This document shows, piece by piece, positions 24,754-64,000 of a stretch of DNA of 64,000 nt. The position numbers and the translations under genes are program-made. Position 1 is the first letter of the stretch; each line of letters starts with the position of its first letter. This stretch comes from Tubiluchus corallicola (taxonomy: Eukaryota; Animalia; Priapulida). The stretch spans positions 248,001 through 312,000 of the forward strand of contig JAQGDQ010000205.1 of NCBI GenBank assembly GCA_030141605.1, in the 5' to 3' direction. The notes under the pieces were generated by a model that had not been told where the DNA came from, did no database searches, and saw only the letters and a list, made by a program, of their open reading frames with translations.

Positions 24754-25404
24754 GGAGAAAAAAGAGAGAGGGGAGAGATTCATTCGTTCGTTCAAAATCT
24801 TTTATGAATGAGAGGAGAGTGAGAATAAGAGATTTGAAATAAATTATTTGTTTTTTCATTAATATTTACATTATTCACTTGCTACATTCATGCTGTTTGA
24901 ATGGATATTACTACATTAAAAAACAGTTTATGATAAGTTAATAATATAAAGGATTCTGCAGTCCAAACAACGCTCCAGTTGTGAAACAGGAACAGTGGAA
25001 TTAGACCAATTATACCAACCGTCTTGTGTCGTTACTCGGTACTCTATATATGGGTTCCACCCAAGATGAGCAATGATTACTGATTTTCATCAAGTGTTGA
25101 GCGTATGTGAATGTCATTATGTAACGAAATCCTCATTATGTAGCAATGCACCATTGTCACAAAAATGCTGCTTTATGTAATAAATCACGAAAAACTTCAT
25201 TGTTTAGCAAATTTCATATCATTATGAAACAACCGTTAAGGATAGTCATGGTCTATGGTAGAGTCTGATCATATCTCGATGAGGTCTAATTATTGGACTA
25301 GGTCACATTCTTTCTGTTCTGACTCTGGCTCAGTCTGATTTGGTCTATAGCTGCACTGCCAGGAGTTTGAGAGAGCCAAACCAGACAGATATAATAATCA
25401 TAAT

Positions 25405-25633
25405 AATAATTTCGTTTAGGACATATTCCAAGGATGACACCTTAAGTAACTCTATACCTATTTCCAAGGTGGTCCCTTTTATTATTACCCGCACGTTACT
25501 TCGATAAACCCGCGTGCCTGGTCGAAGAACCAACGGTACCATTTTCAAGTATTTGGCATGACTTGGTCGGGAGTTAAACCCACAACCTCCCGGGTGGTAA
25601 GTGAGTATGCTACCTTTGAGCTACGCCACCCGC
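25405..25633 (-). mobile_element. tRNA-derived SINE (core resembles the Meta-type SINE domain)
   Basis: Minus strand: tRNA-like head GGCGTAGCTCAAAGGTAGC (A box) ... GGGTTTAACTCCC (B box), then GTCATGCCAAATACTTGAAAATGGTACC, then a (TTA)n-like tail. A second copy lies at 20110-20362. The Meta assignment is from memory of the consensus. Confidence 0.7.
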
Positions 25634-27654
25634 TTTTAGCCCAGACTTAACATCTCAGGTCAGACCAGATTCAGCTGAAGTCACATCAGCATCATTTAGA
25701 ATAGGAAGTAAACGACCCATTCCAAAATTTGTCTCACCACTATAGAGCACGATCAAATATATGTTAGGCTGTTACATAAACGCATTATTTTTTTTACATA
25801 ATGGCGCAAAATGATCATTAGATGATAATTGTTACATAATCACGTAAAATTTGTTTGGAACAAATGAAAGGGGGAAAGAGGGGGAAGGGGAGAGAAAAAG
25901 AGAGGTAGAGAGACAAAGAGAGAGAGAGGGAGAAAAGAAGCATAGAAAGAAAGACTAAAAGATGAAAGAAAGAATGACATCATAATACTTACCTCTTTAT
26001 TTATTTAATTATACATATTGGTTACATTTGACCATAATACGTATTTAATCACAAATATTTGCACAGTCTTATTCAACTTCTACTTCACTGCAAGTCACTT
26101 GGTTGCTCCATCACATACTGGGATCTCTTAGGGCAGAATTAACTACCACAAGCTTCTCGTGATGCGCGTGTTAATTGGCTCAGGATGTATCTTTGTATCA
26201 TTATAGATCGAAAACTGCCACGAATGATGTTTATCCCATTAGAGTTATTCCCGAGGCATGGCCACTTTTCATATAGGCGTATCCATCACAAACATATAAA
26301 CTGCGCAACTCCAATATCTGATCTGCCTTGACATGATTCACAAACTACAAATATTTTTGCAAAGTTAAATTAGTTCCTCTCGTAAATATCATTTGTCAAC
26401 CACACGGGTTTATGATATTGAAAAGGTTCACTTCTTGGTCCCGCATAGTTTGTCTACGGCATGAGGCAAAATGACGTCATATAGAGCAGCTAATTAGCCG
26501 CTGCTTTATGTATTAGCGACTTATTTATAATAGAACCATAAATAACTGAAGCTATCGAATAAGAAGAAATTTCAGCAGAAATGATCAGCATGCTTGCGTG
26601 GTTTTCGCGTATGTTACATAACGCATTCAAAAATTGCAAAATTTGCTGAATTAAACCAGGCTAATTTGACTGTTTGTAGTCGTGGTAAAACACTTTAGAA
26701 ATGTCTACGATTCTGTGTCGCCGAATACGTGTGCAGATGACACGTGGCTCGAATTTTTGTATTTTTGTCCTCCCGTTTTTTCCAAATCTGCGTTATAATT
26801 TTAATCAGGAGACTGAAAGCCAGAATACTTTTCTCAAAACAGGAGCTAGTTGCTGTGGATAAATGCGACAGGATTAAAACGTTAATTATATTCGATTATA
26901 ATTGTTTATTCAAACTTGTAGCACACTGCGCACGTAGTTTTTACGATTACACGACAATATAAAATAAAATAAATAATTAAATTCAAATTTTAATTAAAAT
27001 GATGAAACCCGTACGAAAATGTTTTTATTGAAACACAAGGTTGCTGATGGAATAAATGTACCTTTATATCGGAATGTTCTAACTTTTGGTAATATAAACT
27101 GATATATTATCAGAGATAATCTAAAATGAGTCCAAAATTGTCTGGACCCTAAATCATGTTTTTAAATAGTCTGATCCAATCCTATAATAAATTATATTTA
27201 AACATAAGGTGTCTGATCCACATTTACATTTGTTTCAACAGAGTAAATAAACAGGGATGAGGGACTGAATGGTTTAGACCACTCAGATACATTTCTCGCT
27301 GCCGTCCCTCGTGCATTAAATAACCAAGCTAGGCTTTGCTTAAGTTCCGGTCACTAATTTCAGTTATGGCCAATCGTCCAATCATTGTAAAATGCTGCTA
27401 ACTTGTGGTAGCGTTTTGCAATTTTGTGACATTTGGTACAATGTATCTATTTAGTGCTCACCCATCTGGAATGAAGTTTCATGTGCTCTAGTGGTGTTAT
27501 AATTTGTTTCAACATAATAATTTCATACAGTACAATTACATTGCTTCATATCATGACCAGCCTGTTTTAATACCCCCCCCCCCCCCCCCCCCCAGTAGCA
27601 GTAGGCACTGTAAAATAACTATCCGCAAAATGGAAATCGAGCACGGAATACTAT

Positions 27655-28356
27655 CATGGCCGGTGCTAGGGAGCGCGGGGCCCAATTAGAAAATCGTTAG
27701 TGGGACCTTGTACCCTACAAAAACTGAAGATTGAATTTCTATGCTTCATGTCAGTCTCAACTAAAAAGCATTGAGGACTTAAGGCTCCACCATTAGCCTC
27801 AATTATATACTAAGAATTGAAAGCCCATATGAAAGTTTTAATGTTCAGTTGCAAGCATTGATAATTACTGACCTGCTGTTTGTGGCCTACTGACCTACTA
27901 GGTTTTCTTATTCAAGAAATCTTTCAAAATCATTTCAAAGTCAATGGTTTTTGTAACGTTCATTTTCTACAAATAGTATCGCCAAATTATTTTGATTCTT
28001 GTGAAACTGTTAATCTAGGTTGAGGGTTTGAATATCGTCCACAAATTGGTAAAATTAAAATCCAATCCATGACAATCTAACTAAGAATAGGGTTCGCCAA
28101 TTACTTTTTTTAAAGGTAAATGACGGCGATAAACTGAAATTTCACGCAAATAAACGATCAGCAAAAACATATTGAAACATGGATAGGAGGACAGACTGAA
28201 TAGTTTCACTTTTTCACAATATCAAGAAACTTCGTGCACACTGGAGACAGTCATTAATTCATCATAGCGTCCTCAGCTTGAGTGTGTACACGGAGCCCCT
28301 CTTGGCGTGGGGCCCATTTTGAACAGATCTGTATAACTGGCTTAAAACCAAACCTG
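27655..28356. mobile_element. hAT-like non-autonomous element
   Basis: Ends CATGGCCGGT...AAAACCAAACCTG (degenerate CAGGGCCGG-type TIR), subterminal GGGGCCC motifs at both ends, 8-bp flanks aatactat / aataaaat (6/8 identical). Confidence 0.55.
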
Positions 28357-29690
28357 AATAAAATTTTTCGACGACATTATTATGCCATGCACTGAGCTGT
28401 CTTGCAAATTACTTATAGAGCCAAACTTATACAAAAGTTCAGATTTTCAATGTTCATGTCTCGACCAAAGACCCTTACAATGTCCTTACGTAGTTTTTCA
28501 ATAATTTCTATTTCTGCTTTATGAAATTTTGTTGCATTTTTTTCGTATTTTTGAGAAATGTTAACAAACGAAGTTGTAGCTTGTAACGAAATGAGAAACT
28601 ACGCGTTGTAATTTGTAACTAAACGTAAAATGTTCTTAAACATAAACATTTATTGGTTTGTGCAAAAATATAAAATAAAAAAACTATAGAAAATTGTGCT
28701 GTCACAGATAAAATTGCGTCTTTTTTATATTAGATTTAATATTCTATGGAGAAGTTTTAGTTTTTGTTCTGCTGGTGTCAAATGTGTTCTGTTTGAAACT
28801 TATTGTTCAAATTTTTACTGTTCCAACCTCTGATCACTTTTAATGTTGGTAGTATTAGGAAATTAAAAGCGGCCTGCTATTTTGCATTAACGAAGTTTTT
28901 TGTTTACCACAGCATCTAGAATATGTGCCGAAAATGGCTGTAGTCATTTTAAAGTCATTTTACGCAAAAATACTTATAGCGTTCGTAGCAGAGTTTTAAA
29001 TTCAAGCAGGAAGTCATACGTAGTTTTATTCTTAATCTGATGTCATTTTCACTTCGAATATTTTTGCCCATTGGGAATCTGCACGTACTAAGTATTTTTT
29101 ACATATTTAGCTTACTACCAATTATCTGTTCTCTATGTAAATAGTAATTTTATTTGACTTGTAGTAATACTTTTAATTGTGATTTTTAACTAAGTTTTGT
29201 TTATTATTCTTTGGTACTTTTTGTGTACTGAAATAAACGTAAAATATATAAGTAATAAATAAATAATAAACTATTTGTTCTCTTAACCATAGACTTTGCG
29301 TAAATGATTGTGGTTTATTCAAAGCTTTCTGTATTGACTCATTTCTGATGTTCACGTGGAGACCCCGGAAACAGAAGTAAACTTTTGTAAAGCACGTGAA
29401 ACGTGTTTCCGGTATTTTGCTTTTTACAGGTAGCGATCAGGAGCACATTTGGGTGTTTCTGGAGAAACATCAATACTTGTGCCATGGAGAAACATCAATA
29501 CTTGTGCCATGTTACGTACGGAAGAAACCATTGATTTCACAACAATTAAAAATCAGAATCAAAGCGACCCTCACTTAATGAACGATATCATTTTGTTGTA
29601 TATGAAGTTGCTCAACTTCGTCAACAGAATAATTTACATATAATTGTCTGTAAATCGCTGTCATGTTTCACAAACCTGTGTTTACTTGAC

Positions 29691-30112
29691 GAGTAAGCAG
29701 AAAAATTTAGTCAGTAAGACGATATTTTTTACTGTTTGAGTGGACAGACCAAAGTGTTTCAGTAAATTGTGTCTGCCTGTTGAGTAAGCAAAAAAATTTA
29801 GTCACTAAGACGTTGTTTTTTACTGTTTGAGTGAAAAAATCAAAGTGTTTTAGTAAGCTGCGTTTGCTTTTTGAGTAAGGAGAAAAATTTAGTCAGTAAG
29901 ACGATGTTTTTTACTGTTTGGGTGGACAGACCAAAGTGTTTCAGTAAATTGTCTGCCTGTTTGAGTAAGCAGAAAAATTTAGTCACTAAGACGATGTTTT
30001 TTTAATGTTTGAGTGAAAAGATTAAAGTGCTTTAGTAAGCTGCGTTTGCTTCTTGAGTAAGCAGAAAAATTTAGTCAGTAAGACGATGTTTTTATTGTTC
30101 GGGTGAATAGAC
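29691..30112. repeat. ~91-bp minisatellite, about 4.6 copies, alternating A/B monomers
   Basis: Units start gagtaagcagaaaaatttagtca at 29691, 29782, 29873, 29963 and 30055. Units 1/3/5 share cagtaagac and gtgga/aacagaccaa; units 2/4 share cactaagac...gtgaaaa...agtaagctgcgtttgctt. Confidence 0.93.
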
Positions 30113-30404
30113 CAATTTTTGTTACATTATTGCCCAGGCTTTGATTGATTCAAATTTCAATTCGTTTACTTTTAAAAGATGAAAATGGCGTGAAGAAAGC
30201 GAAGGATGCTTGAAAAGCGATTACCAGCAGTTACCACGCTTCACTGATTTTTAGGCCATGCAAAACGTTCAGTTAAACCCTGAAGCTCATGAAGCATGAC
30301 AAGCGCTGGTGACCGCTCGTCTATTTTCGCTGACGTCATTGATGCATTCCGAGCTTGATTCACAAATCAATTTACTTTGTTTAACCAAGATGTTTTTTTC
30401 AGCC

Positions 30405-32182
30405 ATGACTCGACTCAGATACTACGAGCTGATACCTTTGTATTGTTTGCTCTTAACAACGGCAGGTTTGTACACCATTAACGAGTACTCGTGGATAGAT
30501 AACTACGGTTGCGTGGTGGTGCCATCTAGTGCCGTTCCCATGAATCTAAGTGCATTGCGATGCGCGCACGCTTGTTCTACTGACATCAGTTGCAATAGTA
30601 TCAATTACAATGCCCAGGACAAGCGGTGTGAACTTGTAAATGAGGAGCGAGGTTCAAGCGCCTATCTCATTGCCCTCAAACATCGCCCTGGCTGGTATAG
30701 CTTAAACACAGACGCATCTGATAAGTATTGGGTATGTAATGGGTTGAATTTCATATAATTACGACTGAAAGTAGCATAGGCCTAATTATTACACCAACTT
30801 TTGCAAAAAAGTGAATCTTGAACTAGGACTGTTTAAGCTTATAATATTATTCTATATTTTTAGTATGAAGACCCGCCGACAAAGAATATTGTTCCGATAG
30901 ATGGTAGCAGCATCGTCGGAAAAACATTTTATTTCGAGTTGGAGATCAAGCCGGGTACAACATCTAGGTAATCTTAAAAAATAAAGCCTCCTGCTTTCCC
31001 TTTCTATGGAAGTTAGTTTCAGTTATCCGTGCATCTAAGGACGGCAATTAAAGCATCATATCTCTCGAATTAATGTCCGGCTACCAATCATTAGTTATAC
31101 AATAAAATCTTTCAAGCTAGACTATTACAAAACAAGCATTGATTATACTCTTTTGGGGCAATAATAATATTCTTGTCGACGCGCACGCAGTGTGGTGTTT
31201 TCATTTTTGGGTCTCACGATTCACTACTGATGCCTTTTTTCACTGGGTGCTCTCAGAGTTTTTCTCTGTTAATAGTAATTGCCAATAGTGCTCTTTCCAT
31301 AATACTGCTTCTCATATTTTAGCTGGGACATTACTAGTTGTAAGATAACTGCTTAGAAGACCAGATTTCTTCAGTTTTTATGAAACTGTTTTACCAAAAA
31401 AGTGACTCCTGTTAACTACAATCTCACCAAATCTTATTTTCAAGCAGAAAATCAGCAGATATCACATTAAAAGAAATTTTGCTTAAGAATTTATCTGTAT
31501 CTTCATTTTCTAGCCGTAGCCTTTAATTGTCTTAAATGATCACTGACCGTGATTACAAAGCTACTGGTCAGTTAAGGTAAGCAAAGCCCACAGCTAGAAA
31601 GCCGTATGTAAAAATGACCGCTAAGAGATTGTGGAAGACTCACCAATAGATACTTATTAGATATAATGGTCAATACTTTCTACGTGGCAAAACTTGTTTG
31701 CTTTTCATTGCAGAACTCAAGTAAATTTCAAAGACTCTAATGGAAAGGTTGTATTTGATATGGGAACTAGGTACGACGTTAACCCACCAAATTTCCAGAT
31801 GGCGGCGCAAGAGGTGGGTTCCACGAAATGGGTGACCACGCAACGATGTGACAATCACTCTGTCACTCCCCCAGAACTAGGTAAACACCTCATGGAGGTT
31901 GATGTGCACAGCACACACTTCACGGTAAGAACTATATAACGTATAGCAGTTATTCCCTTGGCGTTGTGAATTAACCTGGATGCATACTTGCATTTGCATT
32001 TTGTCAGCATCTTCAATGGAGAGCAATTATTCCAAATACCGTGTGGTTTTTTTAAATTTTTTTTACTTTAGGTTACGATCAATAAGGCGTTCTGCCATAA
32101 CTACACTCACGTTCATCCTCCTGATGTTATTACCACAATGACGATGTCCAAATGTATGATATATCGATGGTGTGCTGTGTAG
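30405..32182 (+). CDS. Putative secreted protein: signal peptide + PAN/apple domain + divergent galectin-like domain, 4 exons, 250 aa
   Basis: Exons 30405-30731, 30864-30967, 31714-31924, 32072-32182 (GT-AG, phases 0/2/0, 753 nt). PAN pattern SALRCAHACSTDISCNSINYNAQDKRCELV. The C-terminal half RTQVNFKDSNGKVVFDMGTRYD...KW...HLMEVDVHSTHFTVTINKAFCHNYTHVHPPDVITTMTM follows the galectin CRD strand pattern. An in-frame ATG at 30390 is an alternative start. Confidence 0.8.
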
Positions 32183-33854
32183 AGATACTGAGATTTTGAT
32201 AAAAAAATGTCATCCACAACCTCTCGCAGCAAACACATGGACGTTGAACGGCTGCAGTTGTACCTTAATAGTTTAAATGCACCTGTTTTGTAAAAAAAAT
32301 CATTGAAGCACTTTTTAGCAGGTTTAGCTGTTTTATGTTGTGAAGTTATTGAATGTGAATTTACCTAATAATGCACACCATGCTCTTCATGCATGATAAA
32401 ACGAAACTGGTGTAGTTTGCAACATGCAGCGACTGATGAAGAACAAACGCAAATTTCTATGTTCCTATGGAACGTAAAAACATATTCTTCTGGAGTTCTA
32501 ATCCAAATTTGGCTTATCTTTCTATAAAAAATGTGTATTTGATCTTGAACATTGAACCTGTTTTATTTAGGCTTCACGAATTTTAAATTCTAATTATGGC
32601 CGTAACTTCAACTCATTTTTACAGCAGGTGTCTACGATAATATATACTGTCTGTGTGTCAACTATGTGCAACGGTGTTAATCAGAGATTACTAAAGCACA
32701 AAAAGCAGGATTGGTGTTCTGTTATTGTTCTTTCTTGTCTGGCTGAATTAGGTTACATTATGTGCAAAGTTACACCAGTATATAGCATCACACACAAAGA
32801 AAAATCTCGCCTTGTGTTGCTGTTGAAAAACAAAACTGTAATTAAGCTGTTTTCCTAATTTTAGTTTGTTTAAGTTCCATCTTACTACATTTTCTGCTTG
32901 TTGTGTGAATCTGTAGGCTGCCTTCTACATCTTAATTACCTAATTAGCCAGTAAACCAGAAACTGTGAATCTAAAAATGAACAAAACATGCAATAATATT
33001 GACATCTATCACAACAGACATCTATTGAGAATATCTAAGGCAACTGGTGAAAAAAATTATGAAGCAAAGCCGACTTATGACTAGAACACAGTCTTTGGAA
33101 ACCCCAGCCAACTATCTACCGCATCAATAATTTCATTTTTTAAGCTATACCCGAAATTGCAAATGCACCAAATGAAAAATGAAAATGGAAAAACAACAAC
33201 GAGGTAACAAAACTGTCCATTTCAACTTAGTCAAAGATCCAATATATTTCACCGCCGTTGCCGTATTCATACACTGTTCATTTCTTTTAGCAGTGTATAC
33301 ACAAGGCAAATCGGAGGGAGTTTGGGCTCGATATATTGTGGTATCGATACATTTCTGGGCATAGGTGTTATATACTTTTGTTCAGTCTTACATGTACTTA
33401 ATTAGAAATCGGAGTTCCGTTTTCACGTAAGTTTCACAACATTTTGCAGAACCATTCTTTCAAGAAAGAACGAGGAGACATACGCTGACGTTAACGTACT
33501 TCTAACACGCATGCAACGGCCCAACGACAACAAAGATTGTCACGTGATCAGCCTTTTTCATTTGGCTAGAATGACGTACTGGTAGGCCCTATGTTCATAT
33601 ATGAGCGTTCACTAAAAGGCAGCTTATGGATTTGCCCTGATTGAAAAATCATTTTGACATACAATTGGTGCTGCCTTGTTCTTCTGTTGAATGAAAAGCA
33701 TTAACATTAATGAACCGCTTCCTTTTGTTTTCATTAATAAGTGAATGCGAACACAATTTCATAACCAGTAAGTATGCGGATGTTCTGCATGGATACATGC
33801 ATATCTAATCGATTACCATTAATAAAATCAAAGCAGAAAAAAGTAGAAAAAACC

Positions 33855-33960
33855 ACAGGAAAAAGTCACATATAATTTCGGCTAGGGTTAGCGTTTGGGT
33901 TAGAGGTTAGGATTGGAGTTAGAGTTATAACCTTTTTCCTGTGCCTTTTTTCCTGTGACT
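33855..33960. repeat. Degenerate TTAGGG-like tract between inverted CACAGGAAAAA motifs
   Basis: cacaggaaaaagtcaca ... ctagggttagcgtttgggttagaggttaggattggagttagagtta ... tttttcctgtg (x2). Confidence 0.6.
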
Positions 33961-34570
33961 TCTTACTGCAACTTTATTACCTGGATTCGTTTCTCATGCA
34001 TGTTAGAAAACAGATTAATAATCTCTTTCAGGAAACTGTTTTGTGATGTAAGAGGCTTTAATTTCTGTACTAACTAAAAAAATCCTTATTTTTCGCAAAT
34101 GTTAAACATGCGTGAAGACGTCGTACTTATTGAGCTAATACCTCTTATTATGACACTCCTGCATATTACGTTAATTAATCGATTCTTCCAACGTAAGAGT
34201 TTTGCTCAGCAAAAGTTTACACGGCACTTAGTAGTTCTACAGGTGCAACATCGATAATAACTATAACTTACAACGGAATTATTATCATAAAGTCCTACTC
34301 CTGTGCGCCTTTCTTTCTGTCAACGAATACTGATTATTCGTACGTCATAATTGTAGCTTAAGGTAGTTCTGAAATCTGTGTAAAAGCCTGAATGAATGTT
34401 GCAGCGTAAAGTGATTAAAAAAGCACCATAGTTATAACTCAGGCCTACTTGACATACTAAAGTAGGCCTGTTTTTAGCCTAACGTTATACTTAAAGTTGA
34501 TAGACTTGTTGAAAACGATAAGACTATTCACGGATCTTCTAGAGTGCAGCTGTAGAACCTCTAAGTTTTC

Positions 34571-40578
<6,008 letters not shown>

Positions 40579-41279
40579 GTTGCTAATTAACAAAGATGAG
40601 CACAAGAATTTGAAAGAAGAACCTTGTAAGCAGGTTAGATAACAAGTTTAATATCCTGCTTGCCTGCACTCAGGGGCGTGGCTAAGCTATGATGTCGACC
40701 AATGAGAGTAACTCAAACATGTTCAGTAAGTGAGGGAGTTCAAATTACTTTGGTGTTTATTATTTTTTAATTTTGCTTTATTAGCCATCTACTGTTAGTT
40801 CTAATTGTAAATGAGATTATTTTCAAATTTATTGTTTTGATTTTGGTGACTATCTTCCCCCATCAGTAAAAACAGCGTGGATCCGGTTCTAGTTCCGGCA
40901 GCTGGTCGTGGGATCACTGCTGGAGGCTCTGAAAAGAACCTCTGTGCACAATACCGATGAGTAAACCTTGCTGTGGGTGTCGAGGTTAGCGTCGGTTTTT
41001 TACTTTTAGTATTCATTGTCTGGAAGTTGAAAATTAAATGTTGAAAGTGTCTTGTGTTCTACCAAAATTTATTTAGAAGGAAAGTAAATATTTGAAAATG
41101 TATAGACTAATAATAAAGCTAAAATTCACAGCACTGACGTACAGCTACAGTATCACACTTGTAGCTTTGTCTAGCACTACCAGCAGAAATCAATTACATT
41201 ATGTCGCTTTTTGTTAATTGTTCACTTTTTTTGTAACTTCAAACTACTGCAGCGCCTCCTGTCCTTATAAGAAAATTGC

Positions 41280-41452
41280 AGTTCAATTCAGTTCAGCGCA
41301 GTCCAGTTTATTTCAGATCAGCTCAGTTCAGTTGTTCAATTCAGATCAGTTCAGTTCACTTCAGTTTTGTTCGACTCGGTTTTGTTTGATTCAGTTCATA
41401 CAGTTCAGATCCGTTTATTTGTTGAATTCTGGTCAGTTAAGTTTAATTCAAT
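41280..41452. repeat. Degenerate (TTCAG)n pentanucleotide tract
   Basis: Repeated gttca/ttcag units. Confidence 0.8.
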
Positions 41453-42279
41453 TCCCTCAGGAAAGTCATACGATTTACTAATTGTGCTGGTGGCTCCATC
41501 TCAAGATATTTTTGTAAGAATACTAGTATTGTAGCACATCCAACATACACGTATTCGTAGTTTTTAAGTAAGGCAATTATACTAAAGTATATGAACATCT
41601 AAGATTTTGCGGTTCTACAGTCTACACCGTTTGCGTGTGTTTTGGCAAGGTCGAGTGCAAAGCCTTTCAGAAAACTGACCTTTGACATTGAGTCACCCAC
41701 AAAAGGTCACCTACCAGAGTTTTCCCCCATTAAATTTTGATACTGTGAATTATCCAAGTTTGGCTGCTCAACAGTTCATGTTTTTGAGACGTAAACGTCT
41801 TGCAATTGTATGTTCACGGACTGACTCATTACCCGACCCACTCGTAAGGCTGTTGAAAAGCCAATATTAAAAGCCAGTTACACTGCACTAGATTATGCGC
41901 TGGAGGCAAATATGATTTAAATTGTCACATGCATTCTACAGAAGTCCATAAACTATTAACTACCAAAACTATAGTTATCTTAAGCAAATAAATAATCTGC
42001 TTGAAACTTATTTGATCATAATCGTAAGTCACATACATTCGTAAATACATGTTCAAAGTTTCATGTAAATGTATAAAAACTATTTAATTAAGATCATGAT
42101 GACAATGATTGCATGATATAATTTATAGCTATTGCACATATTCACGTTGTTTAGGTCATTTAGCTTTCATAATTATGAACCCATTCATGTATGATTCACA
42201 TAAGGCCTAATCATTTAGAACAAATTAGAACTGAAATGTTAACATTTCAGACTTGAGATTCTGCTTATTTTTCTTTAAC

Positions 42280-63225
<20,946 letters not shown>

Positions 63226-63589
63226 CTATAACATGTTGAATGAAGTTGTACAAGTAACTGTAATCAATAAAACTAAGCGAGACATCTTTAAAATCTTGAC
63301 CCTTCGTGGTTCTAGAAGCAATTGTTACGCCACAACTACACACACGGGACTCTGTCTACTTGCAACACGTAAACACAGTTAATGAAGAACTAAATGAATA
63401 AACTCATAATTGGGTGATCCAATCTACCCACGTGCGATAATCTTGAACTTAATGTAACAAAACTGTAATTTTCCTAATAGAAATTGATTAAATCATGGGA
63501 CGCCATGCAGTGACCACTCAGGATTACACGACAGCATTTACTGTAGACAAAGCAGAAATAAGATAGGCAAAATAAAGTAGGGCAGTTTG

Positions 63590-63760
63590 AGGTAAACTGG
63601 CGAGGTAACTCCGGTAATACGAGGTAAGGTGAGCGGGGCGAAGTGGGGTGAGGTAAAGTGAGGAGAGGTGTGGTGAGGTGAGGTGACACGATGTGAGGTG
63701 AAGTGAAGTGAAATAAAGTCAAATGGTTGTGGAGGTGATATGAAGTGAAGAGAGGTGGGG
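63590..63760. repeat. Degenerate (GTGAG/GTGAA)n pentamer tract
   Basis: Repeated gaggt/gtgag/gtgaa units. Confidence 0.8.
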
Positions 63761-64000
63761 TGCGGTAAGAAAAACAGGATTCTAACAAGACACAGGTTAA
63801 AGGCTTATGTGTTCACTGAGCAAACATGCAAATACTTTTAAACACCTCTCATAACGCTTCAAAAGAATTAATAGTGACGGTCTATTTTTCCTTTATAAAC
63901 ATGTCTATATGCTCTCGTCTGTATACTGATGAAAATATACTTATAAAGTACAGATGACCTGTATGTGGTATGGGTGAATCAAATTTGAATCAAACAGTTT

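Noticed and set aside
29691-30112. Regularly spaced repeats resembling a CRISPR array
   Set aside because: The whole unit repeats with no unique spacers, there are no cas genes, and the context is eukaryotic. It is a minisatellite.

Overview
AT-rich, intron-containing animal genomic DNA, most likely an invertebrate bilaterian (inferred from GT-AG introns, TTAGGG-type repeats, tRNA-derived SINEs and CTCF-like motifs). No prokaryotic system, CRISPR array or rRNA is seen. Most ORF-track entries are intronic or microsatellite artefacts, so I assembled genes by hand from splice sites and checked exon phases. Seven protein-coding loci result: (1) last exon of a pyrroline-5-carboxylate reductase (+, 52-234); (2) a complete 9-exon RP2/XRP2 gene (+, 3764-18338, 358 aa); (3) an orphan charged protein with a Gly2 N-terminus (-, 23613-24501, 171 aa); (4) a putatively secreted PAN/apple + degenerate galectin-like protein (+, 30405-32182, 250 aa); (5) a secreted protein fusing a Trp-anchored acidic 11-mer amphipathic repeat to galaxin-like di-cysteine repeats (-, 34571-40578, 287 aa); (6) the 3' ten exons of an astacin-EGF-CUB-TSP1 metalloprotease (-, 42280 to beyond 63225); (7) an intronless class A GPCR with DQF in place of DRY, nested antisense in the largest visible astacin intron (+, 52146-53183). 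Introns and intergenic DNA hold many MITEs, SINEs, LINE relics, minisatellites and microsatellites. The most unusual items are the two chimeric secreted proteins (4, 5), the nested atypical GPCR and the orphan gene. All family assignments are from motif recognition by eye; no database search was run.
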